DNA of 64,000 bases from Felis catus (Eukaryota): the NCBI RefSeq assembly GCF_018350175.1, contig NC_058368.1, positions 2,170,001 to 2,234,000 of the forward strand, given 5' to 3'. The position numbers were made by a program, and so were the translations under genes. The notes below the pieces were generated by a model. It saw only the letters and a list, made by a program, of their open reading frames with translations, did not search any database and had not been told where the DNA came from. Below are positions 52,424 to 64,000 of the stretch, one piece after another (the first letter of the stretch is position 1; every line of letters starts with the position of its first letter).

Positions 52424-54041
52424 TTTAAAGAGAACGGGTTTCCCATGAAACACTGCTCTCTCATAACAACAACGCTGGGCAGGAAACGAAGCAGGATTAG
52501 AACTGTAAGTGTTCCAAGTGTTAAGGTTAAAAAGTTAAAGTGCTCAGGCTCCCATCTGAAGCAGTCAGCTATGACTCAGCTTCAACCGAAGGATGCCAGA
52601 TAGGAAAACGGGCCCACTGTTACCAGATTTACCAATTTCTGAAAAGAATTCTACTTTTCTATAGGAAATCTCTCCCCTTCTAGTTCGGATAGTTCATAAG
52701 GACTAGACTTTCCATGTAGGCTGCCTTTTATCATTGCCGGTTAAAGACAAGGAGATGGCAGGATATCTGTGAACGGGGTAATGAATTAATTACTAGGCAC
52801 CAGAAAGTTTATTTATACAGAAAAGGGAGGAATGCATGTTGGGACTCAAGGAGGTGGGCTGGGAAAGAAAGGGCACAGAAATCTTTACCATGGAGCCCAT
52901 CATGCCTTAAATGACTCAGCAGGACACAAGGTTAAAATAACCTAGAGACGTATCTAAAAGTCTCCCTGAGATGTCTTTATCTTTCTGTATTATAATCTAT
53001 CTGCCTCTAATTCTCCTGTTAGACATATGGCTTTAGATGGCAGGGAGTCTTTGACATTCCTATGAAACAATGTGACAAATCCGTTTTGTCTTTTTTTTTT
53101 TTAATTTTTTATTTGAGAGAGGGGAGGGGAGTGTGAGCAGGGTAGAAGGGCAGGGAGGATCTCAGTTAAGCTCCATGTTTAGCACAGAGTCCAACGTGGG
53201 GCTCAATCCGAAGACCCTTGGGATCATGACCTGAGCCGAAATCAAGAGCTGGATGCTCAACTGACTAAGCTACCAGGTGCCCCAAGAAATCCTTATCTTG
53301 TACTTTGGTACATTAGCCAATGCCTAAATATTTCGATTAGAGCACGGTAGCTGCTTATAGGCTAATAGCTTAGTTTGAGCAATGAATGCCACATCACCCT
53401 TATTTAGGAAATGTTTGTCCAATTATTTTAATACTTCACTGAGTTTCTCCCCTATACTGTACTTTAAAAAATGAACAACAAAAAATAGGAAATAAATACT
53501 GATATTAGTGATATAATACATAAATTTCACTGTCAACTGACATAAAGCCATGTTAAAAACACTACTCAGTCAGGGAAAATGCCAGTCAGTGTGCAATCAA
53601 CTGTGGGGGAAAAGACTAAAAGACACGTTTTAGCTAAAAAAAAAAAAAAAAAAAAAAGCTGTAAATGAGGATTCAAAAATTTTTTTTTTGCATTCAGAGA
53701 ATGAACTTCCTTATAACATGTAAATCTACTATCTACCTTTATAGGTTGATTTTTGAAAAAGCATTGTATAAACGCAGGAAACAACTTTTGTTTACTAAAA
53801 TTTATGCAGTCGGTTCTTTTATATACAATGCACCACTGAAAATACATACAAAAGCCAAACTCATCTCCTCAACCTTCAAAATAATGAACGTTTACATTTA
53901 TTGTACACCCATTGTTCTTATGCAGTCACTGTCTTAATACGGAACTGTTTTACACTTCTTTATCATCTATCTTCTCATGATATTTCATACTCATTTATGG
54001 CCATTTTCCTAAATAATTAGGATTTCTTTTAATCTACTTAC

Positions 54042-54174
54042 CTATTGTTGTTCTGTTTCTTCCAACCAGCCAGCAGTGGTAGCTGAAAAGTGACAGGACG
54101 CTGATGAAGAACATTGTAGACACAAAGAAAAGAAAAAGTACGTGGAACTTTGCACGTGTATCAGAGAGTTCATT
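54042..54174 (-). CDS. ZDHHC20: ZDHHC20 exon (TM4 and start of the TTxE motif)
   Basis: 133 nt, NELSDTRAKFHVLFLFFVSTMFFISVLSLFSYHCWLVGRNRTTI; CAG/GTAAGT sites. Confidence 0.95.
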
Positions 54175-55136
54175 CTGAGGAAGGAAAAAAGAAGAGTCAA
54201 CTTTAGAATCGTCAGCCTCTAAAATATATTATTATCTGGTTCTTCCTAAAGACTGCCGAATCTACCAAAACTCTTGCCAGATATGAAGACTATGGAGTAA
54301 ACTGAGGTAATAAATCCAAAGGCAACATCTCCAAAAACAGAAAATTGGCATTATCAAAGGAGCTTGCTTATATAAAAGGTGGAAAGAGTCATTTTAAAAA
54401 TTACTCTTAAACATTTAAAAATTTTAGTAATGTTTTCAATAATAAGGATGCACTTTTTTGCTCAACATTTTCTTTTGTACTTTACGCATATCTTCATATG
54501 CTTTCCCCAATATCCAAGATATACAACGGCTTTCCTTATCTATGCCAAAATATTTGCTTATTTTAATGACACATGCTGCTAATCAGACACTAACTGTGAT
54601 AAATTTATCTTTAATTTCTACTTTTGGAACACCACAGCAAATATCCCCATGCCCTCAGTTGTCTTGATTCCTACCTTTTTTATCCTCGTTCAATTCCTCC
54701 AGTCTTTTTCGGTAATTAGCAGTTTTGGTAAATACATTTACCACAAGGTATTAGTGAATGGAAACAGCTTCTCTGTTACCCATTCTTATGGCAATATTCA
54801 TTTTAACAGAAGCAAAACCTTAACCTGGAATTATTATCTATTAATAGGAGACAGAGGAAGCCCTTAAGTGTTGGCTCTTAAAATAAAACCGTCCATATGG
54901 TTTTCCACTAGAGCATGAGGTGGTTCTGCTTGACTGAAACATTGTTTACAGGGTAAATGGAAGGTTTTTAGCATTAGATGATTCTTTCATCTTTTTCTCT
55001 TCTCTCCCAGAGTAACCACAATGTGTTTTCAATACATCAAGTGATTCTTCTAACTTCCCATCTTGTGAAGCAAATGAGTTTTATACGTATTTACTAGAAA
55101 TGTCACAAGAATGGCATGGCAATGATGTTCTTTTAC

Positions 55137-55172
55137 CTTTGGACAACTCTCTGTAGATTTCCTGCGGCACAG
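55137..55172 (-). CDS. ZDHHC20: ZDHHC20 alternative 36-nt cassette microexon (LCRRKSTESCPK)
   Basis: AAG acceptor, AAG|GTAAAA donor, phase 0/0, no stop; resembles the insert I recall in the longer mouse Zdhhc20 isoform. Confidence 0.75.
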
Positions 55173-55906
55173 CTTGTACAAATAGAGATAATGTATTAAG
55201 AAACCAAATTTTATACAAAATTATCCTGAACACTACTTTTATAGATCTTTTATGTTTTGAAGGAACACTAAGATGTTGCTCTCTAAAGGTCGTTGACATT
55301 TCCTCCAAAAACACAAAAGAGAACACAGACATGAATATTTAGCTCTTCAAGCACATTCAAGGTACACTTTAAACAGACACTTTTACACTGTTTTTAAAAA
55401 CAGATTTATATCTAGGAAAAAATAAAATTCATTTTTTTTTTTTAGCAAATAGCTCTTTTTAAAAAACTTCTGATTAGTAGTTTCTTTCTAAAAACTGTAT
55501 CTGAGAATTTCTTACCACCTTCACTGCTACCACAACAGCCTTCTCAGAGGTGCTGTCCTTTACCCTGCCGTCTAGGTTCAGCTCGGCAGTCAGGGTGACG
55601 CGTTACAGTGAGACCACGTCACTCCTCTGCTCCCGTTTCACTCAGCGTGAGAGACAACGTCCTTGACACTCTCCGAGGCCCACTGCCTGGGCTTCGCATC
55701 ACTCCCGTTCTCAGTCATTCTACTCCAGCCACACTAGCCTCCTTGCTGTTACACGAACACGGTGGGGGTGCACCTACAAAATTTGGGGCCTTTGCTCTGA
55801 AGTCCAGATGTTTCCTCAGAAGTCTTCTCTCGGATGTCCACTAACTCCCCTCAAGTCTTGGCTCAAATCTTATCCTTCTTATTGAGATCTACCCTGATCA
55901 CACTCT

Positions 55907-58900
55907 TTTTCAAAAATTGAGATATAACTGACATGTAACGTTAGTTTCGGTTGTAAAACATGATTTTACATATATATCAAAATGATCACCACAATAAGTC
56001 TAGTTAACATCCATACCACAGGCACAAATTTCTTTTCCTAGTGAGGCGATCTTTTAAGAGGTACTATCTTAGCGACTTTACAACACATTTAACTATAGTC
56101 ACTATGTTGTGCATTACATACTCAGGACGTATGTTATTTTGAACACCTTCACCCACTGTGCCCACCCCCCATGCGTTGTCCCTGACAATCACCAATCTGC
56201 TCTCTGTGTCTATGAGTTCAAAAAGTTTACATTTAAGTGACAAAAATAGTATTTTTATTTCTCTGACTTATTTCACTTAAAGTCCTCCAGACCCATCCAT
56301 GTGGTCACAAATGGCAGGATTTCCTTCTTTTTATGGCTGAGTAATATTCCATTGTGTACACACACACACACACAGTTTCCTTATCCATTTGTCTATTGAT
56401 GGATACTTAGGTTGTTTTCATTTCTTGGCTATTCTAAATAAGCTGCAATGCACACAGGGTTACACATATGTTTTCAAGTTAGTATTTTCATTTCCTTTGG
56501 ATGAATATCCAGAAGTAGAATTGCTGGATCATACAGTTCTAATTTTTTGAGGAATCCTTATACTGTTTCCATAGTGGCTAAGCCAATCTACATTCCCACC
56601 AACGGTGCATGTATCCCCTTTTCTTTATATCCTCGCCGACACCAGTTATTTCTTATCTTTTGATAATAGTTGCTCTAAGAGGTATGAGTTGATGTCTCAC
56701 TCTGTGGTTTTGATTTGCATTTCCCTGATTAGTGACATTGACCACTTTTTCATGTACCTGATGGCCATCCATAGGTCTTTGGAAAAATGCCTGTTCAGAT
56801 CCTCTGCACATTTAAAAAAAAAAAATTTTTTTTAACGTTTATTTTTGAGAAGAGACAGAGCATGAGCGGGGGAGGAAAAAGAGGGAGACAGAGAATCCGA
56901 AGCAGGCTCCGGGCTCTGAGCTATCAGCACAGGGCCTGACACGGGGCTCGAACTCACACACCATGAGATCATGACCTGAGCTGAAGTTGGATGCTTAACC
57001 GACTGAGCCACCCAGGCACCCCTCCTCTGCACATTTTCATTTTTTTAAATTTACATCCAAATTAGTTAGCATATAGTGCAACAATGATTTCAGGAGTAGA
57101 TTCCTCAATGCCCCTTACCCATTTAGCCCATCCCCCCCCACACCCCCTCTAGTGACCCTGTTTGTTCTCCATATTTAAGAGTCTCTTATGTTTTGTCCCC
57201 CTCCCTGTTTTTGTATTATTTTTGTTCCCCTTCCCTTATGTTCCTCTCTTTTGTCTCTTAAAGTCCTTATATGAGTGAAGTCATATATTTGTCTTTCTCT
57301 AATTTCATTTAGCATAATACCCTCCAGTTCCATCCATGTAGTTGCAAATGTCCTCTGCACATTTTTTAATTGGTTTTTTGGCTACTGAGTTATAGGAGTT
57401 CTTTGTATATTTTGTCTATTACCCCCTTATCAGACAATATGAGTTGCAAATATCTTCTCCCATTCAAGAGGCTGCTTTTTTGATTTAATAGTTTCCTTTG
57501 TCTTCTTAGTCTGATGCAGTCCCACTTGTTTACTTTTGCTTTTGTTGCCTTTGGTGTTAAATCTAAAAAACATGAAGGAGCTTACTGCCCATGTTTTAAC
57601 CTACGAGACTTATGGTTTCAGGTCTTATGTTCAAGTCTTCAATCCATTTGGAACGGATTTTTGTATGATGGAGGTAGGGACCCAGTTTCATTCTTTTGCA
57701 TGTGGCTGTCCATGTTGACCAACATTACTTATTACAAAGATTGTCCTTTGCCCACTGTATATTCTTGGCTCCTGTGTCAAAAATTAACTGACCCAAGATT
57801 CATGGGTTAATTTCTGGCCTATTCTGTTCCATTGACCATTGTGTCTGTTTTCACGCCAATACCATATGGTTCTGATTACTACAGCTTTGTAATACAGCTT
57901 GAAATCAGGAAGCATGACACCTCCAGCTTTGTTCTTCTTTTTCAAGACTGCCTTAGCTATTTGGGGTCTTCTGTGGTTCCACATAAACTTTAGGATTGCT
58001 TGTTCTATTTCTGTGAAAAATGCCATGGGAACTTAGTTATGGGGTTCACTGAAATCTGTAGATGGCTTTTGGTAGTATGGACATTTTAACAATGTTAACT
58101 CTTCCAGCCCGTGAGCACAGTTAACTTTCCATTTGTTTGTGCCTTCGACTGCCTTCAGCAGTCTCTTATGGCCCCCAACGTATAGGTCTTTCAACTCCTC
58201 GGTTAAAGTTATTCCCTAAGTATTTTGCCCTTTCTGATACCAGTGTAAATGGGATTGTTTTCTCAATTTCTCTTCTGACAGTTAGTTACTAATACAGAAA
58301 TGCAACTGATTTTATACCCTGCAAATTTACCAAATTAGTTTCCTAGTTCTAACAGTTTTTGTGAAGTCTTTTATTTTTTTCTGTTCACATAATGTTTATT
58401 GATAGACTAGCATAAAAGGATGGCTGTGAAAATCATATAGGTATTTTCATTGAGAAGACATACCCACCCTGTACTTCCCAATTCTTAAAAGATACTTTAT
58501 GAGGTTTCTAAAATAATGTAGAGTAAAAGTGTATTTATATCATCCCTTTTTTTTGTTTTTTTTTTAATGTTTATTTATGAGAGAGAGAGAGACAGAGCAT
58601 GAGCAGGGGAGGGGCAGAGAGAGAGAGAGGGAGAGAGAGAGAGAGAGGGAGAGACGTAGAGAGAGGGAGAGAGAGAGACACACACACACAGATTTCGAAG
58701 CAGGCTCCAGGCCTGTCAGTACAGAACTGTCAGTACAGAGCCTGACACGGGGCTCAAACTCATGAACTGTGACATCATGACCTGAGCCGAAGTCAGACAC
58801 TTGACTGACTGAGCTACCCAGGCACCCCAATCATCCTGTTTTTTAAATTTAAATCCAACTTAGTTAACACACTGTAATAATCGTTTCAGAAATAGAATTT

Positions 58901-61475
58901 AGTGATTCATCACTTTCATATAACACCCAGTGCTCATCCCAACAAGTGCCCTCAATGCCCATCACCCATTTAGCCCATCCTCCCCACCCAATACCCCTAT
59001 AGCAACCCTCAGTTTGTTCTCTATAGTTAAGAGTCTCTTATGGTTTGCTTCCCTCTCTGTTTTTATCTTATTTTTCCTTCCCTTCCCTTCCCCTCTGTTC
59101 ATGTTTTGTCTCTTAAATTCCACATGAGTGAAATCGTACGATATTTTGTCTTCCTCTGACTTATTCTGCTTAGCATAATACACTCTAGTTCCATCCATGT
59201 TGTTGCAAATGGCAAGATTTCATTCTTTTTGATTGCCGAGTAATATTACATTACTTACACACACACACACACCACATCTTCTTTATCCATTCATCAGTCA
59301 ATGGACATCTGGGCTCTTTCCATAATTTGGCTATTGTCAATAGTGCTGCTTAAACATTGGGGCGCATGTGCCCCTTCAAATCAGCATTTTTGTATCCTTT
59401 GGATACATTTTGGTGGAGTCTTTAGGGTATTCTAAACATATGCATTATGCAAAGATAATTGTACTTCTTTCCTATTTGAATTCCTTTTCTTTTTCTTGCC
59501 TAATTGCTGTGGATAGGACTTCCAACACATACCATGTTGAATAAAGGTAGCAAGAGTGGGAATCTTTGTCTTTTTTTTTTTTTAATGTTTATTTTTGAGA
59601 GAGAAAGCATATGCAGAAGGAGGCGCGGAGAGACAGGAGATAATCCCAAGCAGGCTCCATGCTGTCAGCGTGGAGCCCAGTGTGGGGCTAGATCTCACAA
59701 ACTGTACGGCCATGACCTGACTAGAAATCAAGAGTCCAACACTTAACTGACTGAGCCATCCTGGCACACCAATCCTTATCTTGCTCTTAACCTTAGGGGA
59801 AAAACTTTAAGCTTTTCATCACTGACTACGATGTTAGCTATGGGCTTGTCATACATGGCTTTTATTGTATTAAGATATATTCCCTCTATAACTACTTTGT
59901 TAAGAATTTTTATCAAAAATGGACATTGAGGGGCCCCTGAGTGACTCAATCGGTTAAGCCTCTGACTTTGGTTCCGGTCATGATCTCATGGCTCATGAGT
60001 TTGAGCCCCGCATCGGGCTTTGTGTTGACAGCTCAGAGTCTGGAGCCTGCTTCGGATTCTGTGTCTCCCTCTCTCTCTCTCTGCCCCTTCCTTGCTCATG
60101 CTCTCTCTCAAAAATAAAATAAAACATTTAAAAAAATGGCCATTGAATTTTGTCAAATGTTTCTCTGCATCCAGGGAAATAATCATATGATTTTTTTCCT
60201 TCATTTTTTTAATCTGGTACGTCATGCTGATTGACTTAAAGATGCTGAACCAAACCTGCATCCCTAGAATAAATCCCACTTGATCATGGTATATGATCCT
60301 TTTAATGTATTCTTTTTTTAAATGTTTATTTATTTAATTTTGAGAGAGAACGCACAAGCAGCGGGGGGGGGGGGGGGGGGGGGCAAAGAGAGAGGGAGAC
60401 ACAGAATCTGAGGCAGGCTCCAAGCTCAGAGCTGTCAGCACCGAGGCCAACCCACAAACTGTAGGATCATGACCCGAGCCAAAGTCAGATGCTTAACTGA
60501 ATGAGCCACCCAGGTGTCCCCTTTTAAAGTATTCTTGAATTCAGTTTGCTAATATTTTTTTGAAGACTTTTATGTCTTTGTTCAACAAGGATATTGGCCT
60601 ATAATTTTTTTTTCCTTGTAGTGTTGTCTACTTTGGGTATCATGGTAATACTGGCCTTATAAAATAAATTTGGAAGTGTTCCCTCTTCTATTTTTTTTTT
60701 TTTTTTTTTTGGAAGATTCTGAAGACTGGCATTAATTCTTTAAATGTTTGGTTGAATTCACTACCAAACCATCTGGTTTCTGGACTTTTATTTATTGGGA
60801 AGTTATTAATTTGATTTTGTTACTAGCAATCTGTTCAGATTTTCTATTTCATCATGACTCAGTCTTGGTAGGTTGTATGATTCTAGGAATGTATCCATTT
60901 CTTCTGGGCTGTCTAATTTGTTGCTGCATAATTGTTCAGAGTAGTCTCTGATGATCCTTTGCATTTCTGTGGTATCAGCTGTAATGTATCCCCTTCCATT
61001 TCTAATTTTGAGTCCTCTTTCTTTCTTGATGGGTCTAGGTAAAGGTTTACCTATTCTGTTTATCTTTTCAAAAAACCAACTTTGGCCTGTATGTTCTTTT
61101 TCTAGTTCCTGAAATGTAAAGTTAGGTCATTTGAGATCTTTCTCATTTGTGAGTTTTCCAGTTTTCGTTTTTGTGACTCATTTCTAGTTTTATACCACTG
61201 TGTTTTCTGTTTCTTTTGGATGGAGTGTTCTGTATGTCTGTTAAGTCCACCTGTTCTAATGTGTCATTTTTTCCCCCACGATTTAAACTGCCTCGTTGCT
61301 CTAATGTGTCATTTTAAAGCCAATCCTTCCTTATTGATTTTCTGTCTGGATGATCTATCCATCGATGAGAGCGGGGTCTTGAAGTCCCTACTATTACTGT
61401 ATTGCTCCTATTTCTCCCTTTGGGTCTGTTAATATTTGCTCTGTGTATTTAGGTGCTCCCATGTTGGGTGCGCAT
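55907..61475 (-). mobile_element. L1 of about 5.6 kb including nested SINECs and younger L1 3' ends, inserted into an L2 remnant
   Basis: Reverse ORF2 peptides ([48 protein letters not shown]); L2-like sequence at 55480-55906 and 61480-61810. Confidence 0.88.
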
Positions 61476-62298
61476 ATTCCTTTTTCAGATGTCCACCAAC
61501 TCCCGTCAAACCTTTGCTAAAATCTGATCTTCTTCCTGAGGTCTACGCTGATCCCTCTAACACTTCTGTCTGTCCTGGTCATGCCACCCCAAGAAACTTG
61601 CTGCATCCCTTACTCTGCTCTACTCTGACTTTTCTTCACCGTGTTTACTTTCTAATACACAGTAGGATTTACTTATTTATTACGTGTATATGCCTTCCTC
61701 TTCTCAAAAATAAGTTCTATAAAAACAGGACTGTTTTGTTCACTGATCTATCCAAAGTGCCTAGAACACTGCCTGGTACATAATAAGTACTCAATAAATA
61801 CTTGTTGAAGAAAAAGATTTAGGTTTACTAGCGTTTCCTTACTCATAATGAATCTGAAGGAGTTAAAAATATTTATTCTTTAATTAATAAATCATTATAT
61901 GCAAACACTGGAGTTTCTGATGAAAAATGTAAAATTCTATAATCTAGACTTTATTCATCTGGCACTAAATCCTTTACTTAAACAGGGCCACTGAACAGGG
62001 TTAAGAGGGTGAACAAAGGTGCTCAGAACCAGGGGAACAACAGAACCCCAAACTCGGTGGGCTGAGACCACACAGAACTGGGTGCTTTCTTCTAATATGC
62101 ACAAAGGCACTGCAGGTACCAGCATCCCCTGGTTTTAAATGCCCCAAGTTGAAAACATCCAAAAATGTTTTAGTGAAAGTCCTTGCAAAATATCTTAGCT
62201 ATTTCCTGGATAAATAATCGTGCTTGATGACTGAGGCTTTAATTAGGTTACGTCCAAGGAACGCTATGAAGAGCAACTCACAGTGGAAAGTAGCTGGA

Positions 62299-62816
62299 TG
62301 CTGAAACAGAAAAATCTACGTTCAAATCCCGGCTGGTTACCTAACTCGTCCAACCTCGGTTTTCAGCTCTGAAAATGGGAAGGGCAACAGCTCCCTCGGC
62401 ATTAACTTCATTTCCTTATCTTCTGTATTCTTGACGCACTGGCACCTGGGGCCTTGCTGACTGAAGAGAGGCTGCCTCTCCCAGAGCTTTCCGGTCCTTA
62501 AGCGACAGCAAGGAATAAACCTGTTTGTCTGTGACGACCTGACCAATCCAGAGTTCGTACTCCAAGCCACCTCCTCTCTCTGGCTGCTACTCTGCAGGAG
62601 ACAATACTGCCCTGCCTTCACCACTCCACGGAAAGGTGAAGACAACCCAGGGACTGCAGACATGATTCAAACTGGCTCCCCCTACATCTGGTCACCCTGC
62701 CTGGTGCTTCCCACGTGGTCCTGCATGGCGCGGTGGGCCCCTCCCCTCAGACACCGTGAGGAACAAACTTCCTTTTCGATGATACCTAATCAGCTCCCGA
62801 TCGGCTGGCTTCAACA
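62299..62816. mobile_element. Possible solo LTR
   Basis: About 520 nt GC-richer block bounded by TG..CA with short terminal inverted TGAA/TTCA; no clear TSD. Confidence 0.35.
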
Positions 62817-63580
62817 TGCCTGAGCAGTTCAGTCATAAAACCTACATTTTAAAACCTCTCAATAGAATTTTTAGGAAGGATAAATACAAAGTACTTTTTC
62901 ACCACAATAATCCCCTCTTCAAAATCAAAGATTTAAATGTGGAAACAAAACTAATTAAAATGCCAATGGAAAAGGAAAACCTGGGTCAATATCGTATAAA
63001 TGTATAGGGAACAGACTAAAGCCAGAAGTCATAAATGAAAAGCATGGCTTTTAAATAAATAGGAAAGTCAGAAATCATAAAAATACTGCTTTAAAAATAT
63101 AAAACTTCAGTTTGATAAAAACAAAACAGGGTTGTAAGATATAAACTGAAAACGTGGAAAAAAACCTTTGCGACTCATGATAGAAAAAAGATTAACATCT
63201 ACGGAGGCAGGAAACAGATTAGTGGGTGTTTCGGGTATTGGCAACTTCACTTTTATTACTGTAAAACTGCAGGAAGTCTCTTCAACTCAACCAAAAGCAA
63301 CTACTTCCCTAAAACTGGTGTATCTACTGTTACAGTGTTGGTGAAAAGAGTTCGGATCACCAAAGTTCACTGTATCTTGTTTACTATCCATTTATATACA
63401 AATAAACATAAACATATGAAGGTAAATCATAGCCGATCTGCTTTCTGATCCATTATAAATTCCATCTAGTAAAACTGAAATGAAGTGTCTCTATTTATAA
63501 TAAAGAATGAAGGAACTCTTTATGAATATAGCATCTTAAAAAGGCTTAAATATATGGTTTAAGATAGAAAAAAGACTTAC

Positions 63581-63701
63581 CGTCCAAAATTTTATAAAGT
63601 ACTGTAAAACTGTTGTAGCCACAAAAAGGCAATATAACAAGGAATACAATAAAAACAGCAGGAAGAATTTGTAATTAGAAAATCCCACACAGTTATTCAC
63701 C
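63581..63701 (-). CDS. ZDHHC20: ZDHHC20 exon (end of DHHC domain and TM3); upstream exons lie outside the window
   Basis: 121 nt, (W)[49 protein letters not shown] sites. Confidence 0.95.
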
Positions 63702-64000
63702 CTAGAAGAATACAAAAAGTCACACTGTAAAAATATGACAAGCCACAAACTCACAGAGACAAAACACAGAATGGTGTTTTCCAGGGGCTGCATGGGGCAG
63801 GGATGGGCCCAGAACCTTAGCTGTGCAGGATGAGAAGCTCTGGAGGCTGGGCGCACAACAATGCGAACGTACTTTGTACCTACTGAAGTGTCCACGCAGA
63901 AATGGTTAAGGTGGTAAATTCTGCGTCATTTTTTAAACCATAATAAAAACAGCAATAACACATACGACAGATAAAAAACTTAATCATTATTACTTGGAAA

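Noticed and set aside
60363..60383. Poly-G run as a functional G-quadruplex
   Set aside because: Homopolymer expansion within a SINE; may also be an assembly artefact
439..60521. tRNA-like A/B box sequences and many short MAQSVK.. / GAWVAQ.. ORFs
   Set aside because: Heads of tRNA-derived SINEC elements, not tRNA genes or proteins

Overview
Mammalian genomic DNA from a felid (cat family), judged by about 40 SINEC_Fc-type tRNA-derived SINEs and carnivore L1 3' ends. The window covers the SKA3 - MRPL57 - ZDHHC20 neighbourhood. SKA3 coding exons 1-6 lie on the minus strand (16563 down to 1045; the remaining exons are off the left edge). SKA3 is head-to-head with MRPL57 (plus strand, CDS 17012-17320) across a CpG-island bidirectional promoter carrying CHR, E2F-like, ETS/GABP and TCTCGCGAGA motifs. 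The 3' half of the palmitoyltransferase ZDHHC20 lies on the minus strand (63701 down to about 38835), including a 36-nt cassette microexon, two alternative C-termini and a 3' UTR of about 3.5 kb. The intergenic part holds a processed RPL12 pseudogene and many nested retroelements. I found no convincing new biological system. The best leads are: (1) reciprocal in-frame ORF symmetry between the SKA3 and MRPL57 start codons; (2) a CpG-rich non-repeat block with a well-formed orphan exon downstream of ZDHHC20; (3) several unusual retrotransposition footprints (a 3' transduction, a reused target site, a flanking duplication of about 75 bp, a tail-only insertion). Gene and repeat names are from recalled sequence similarity, not database searches; repeat boundaries are approximate.
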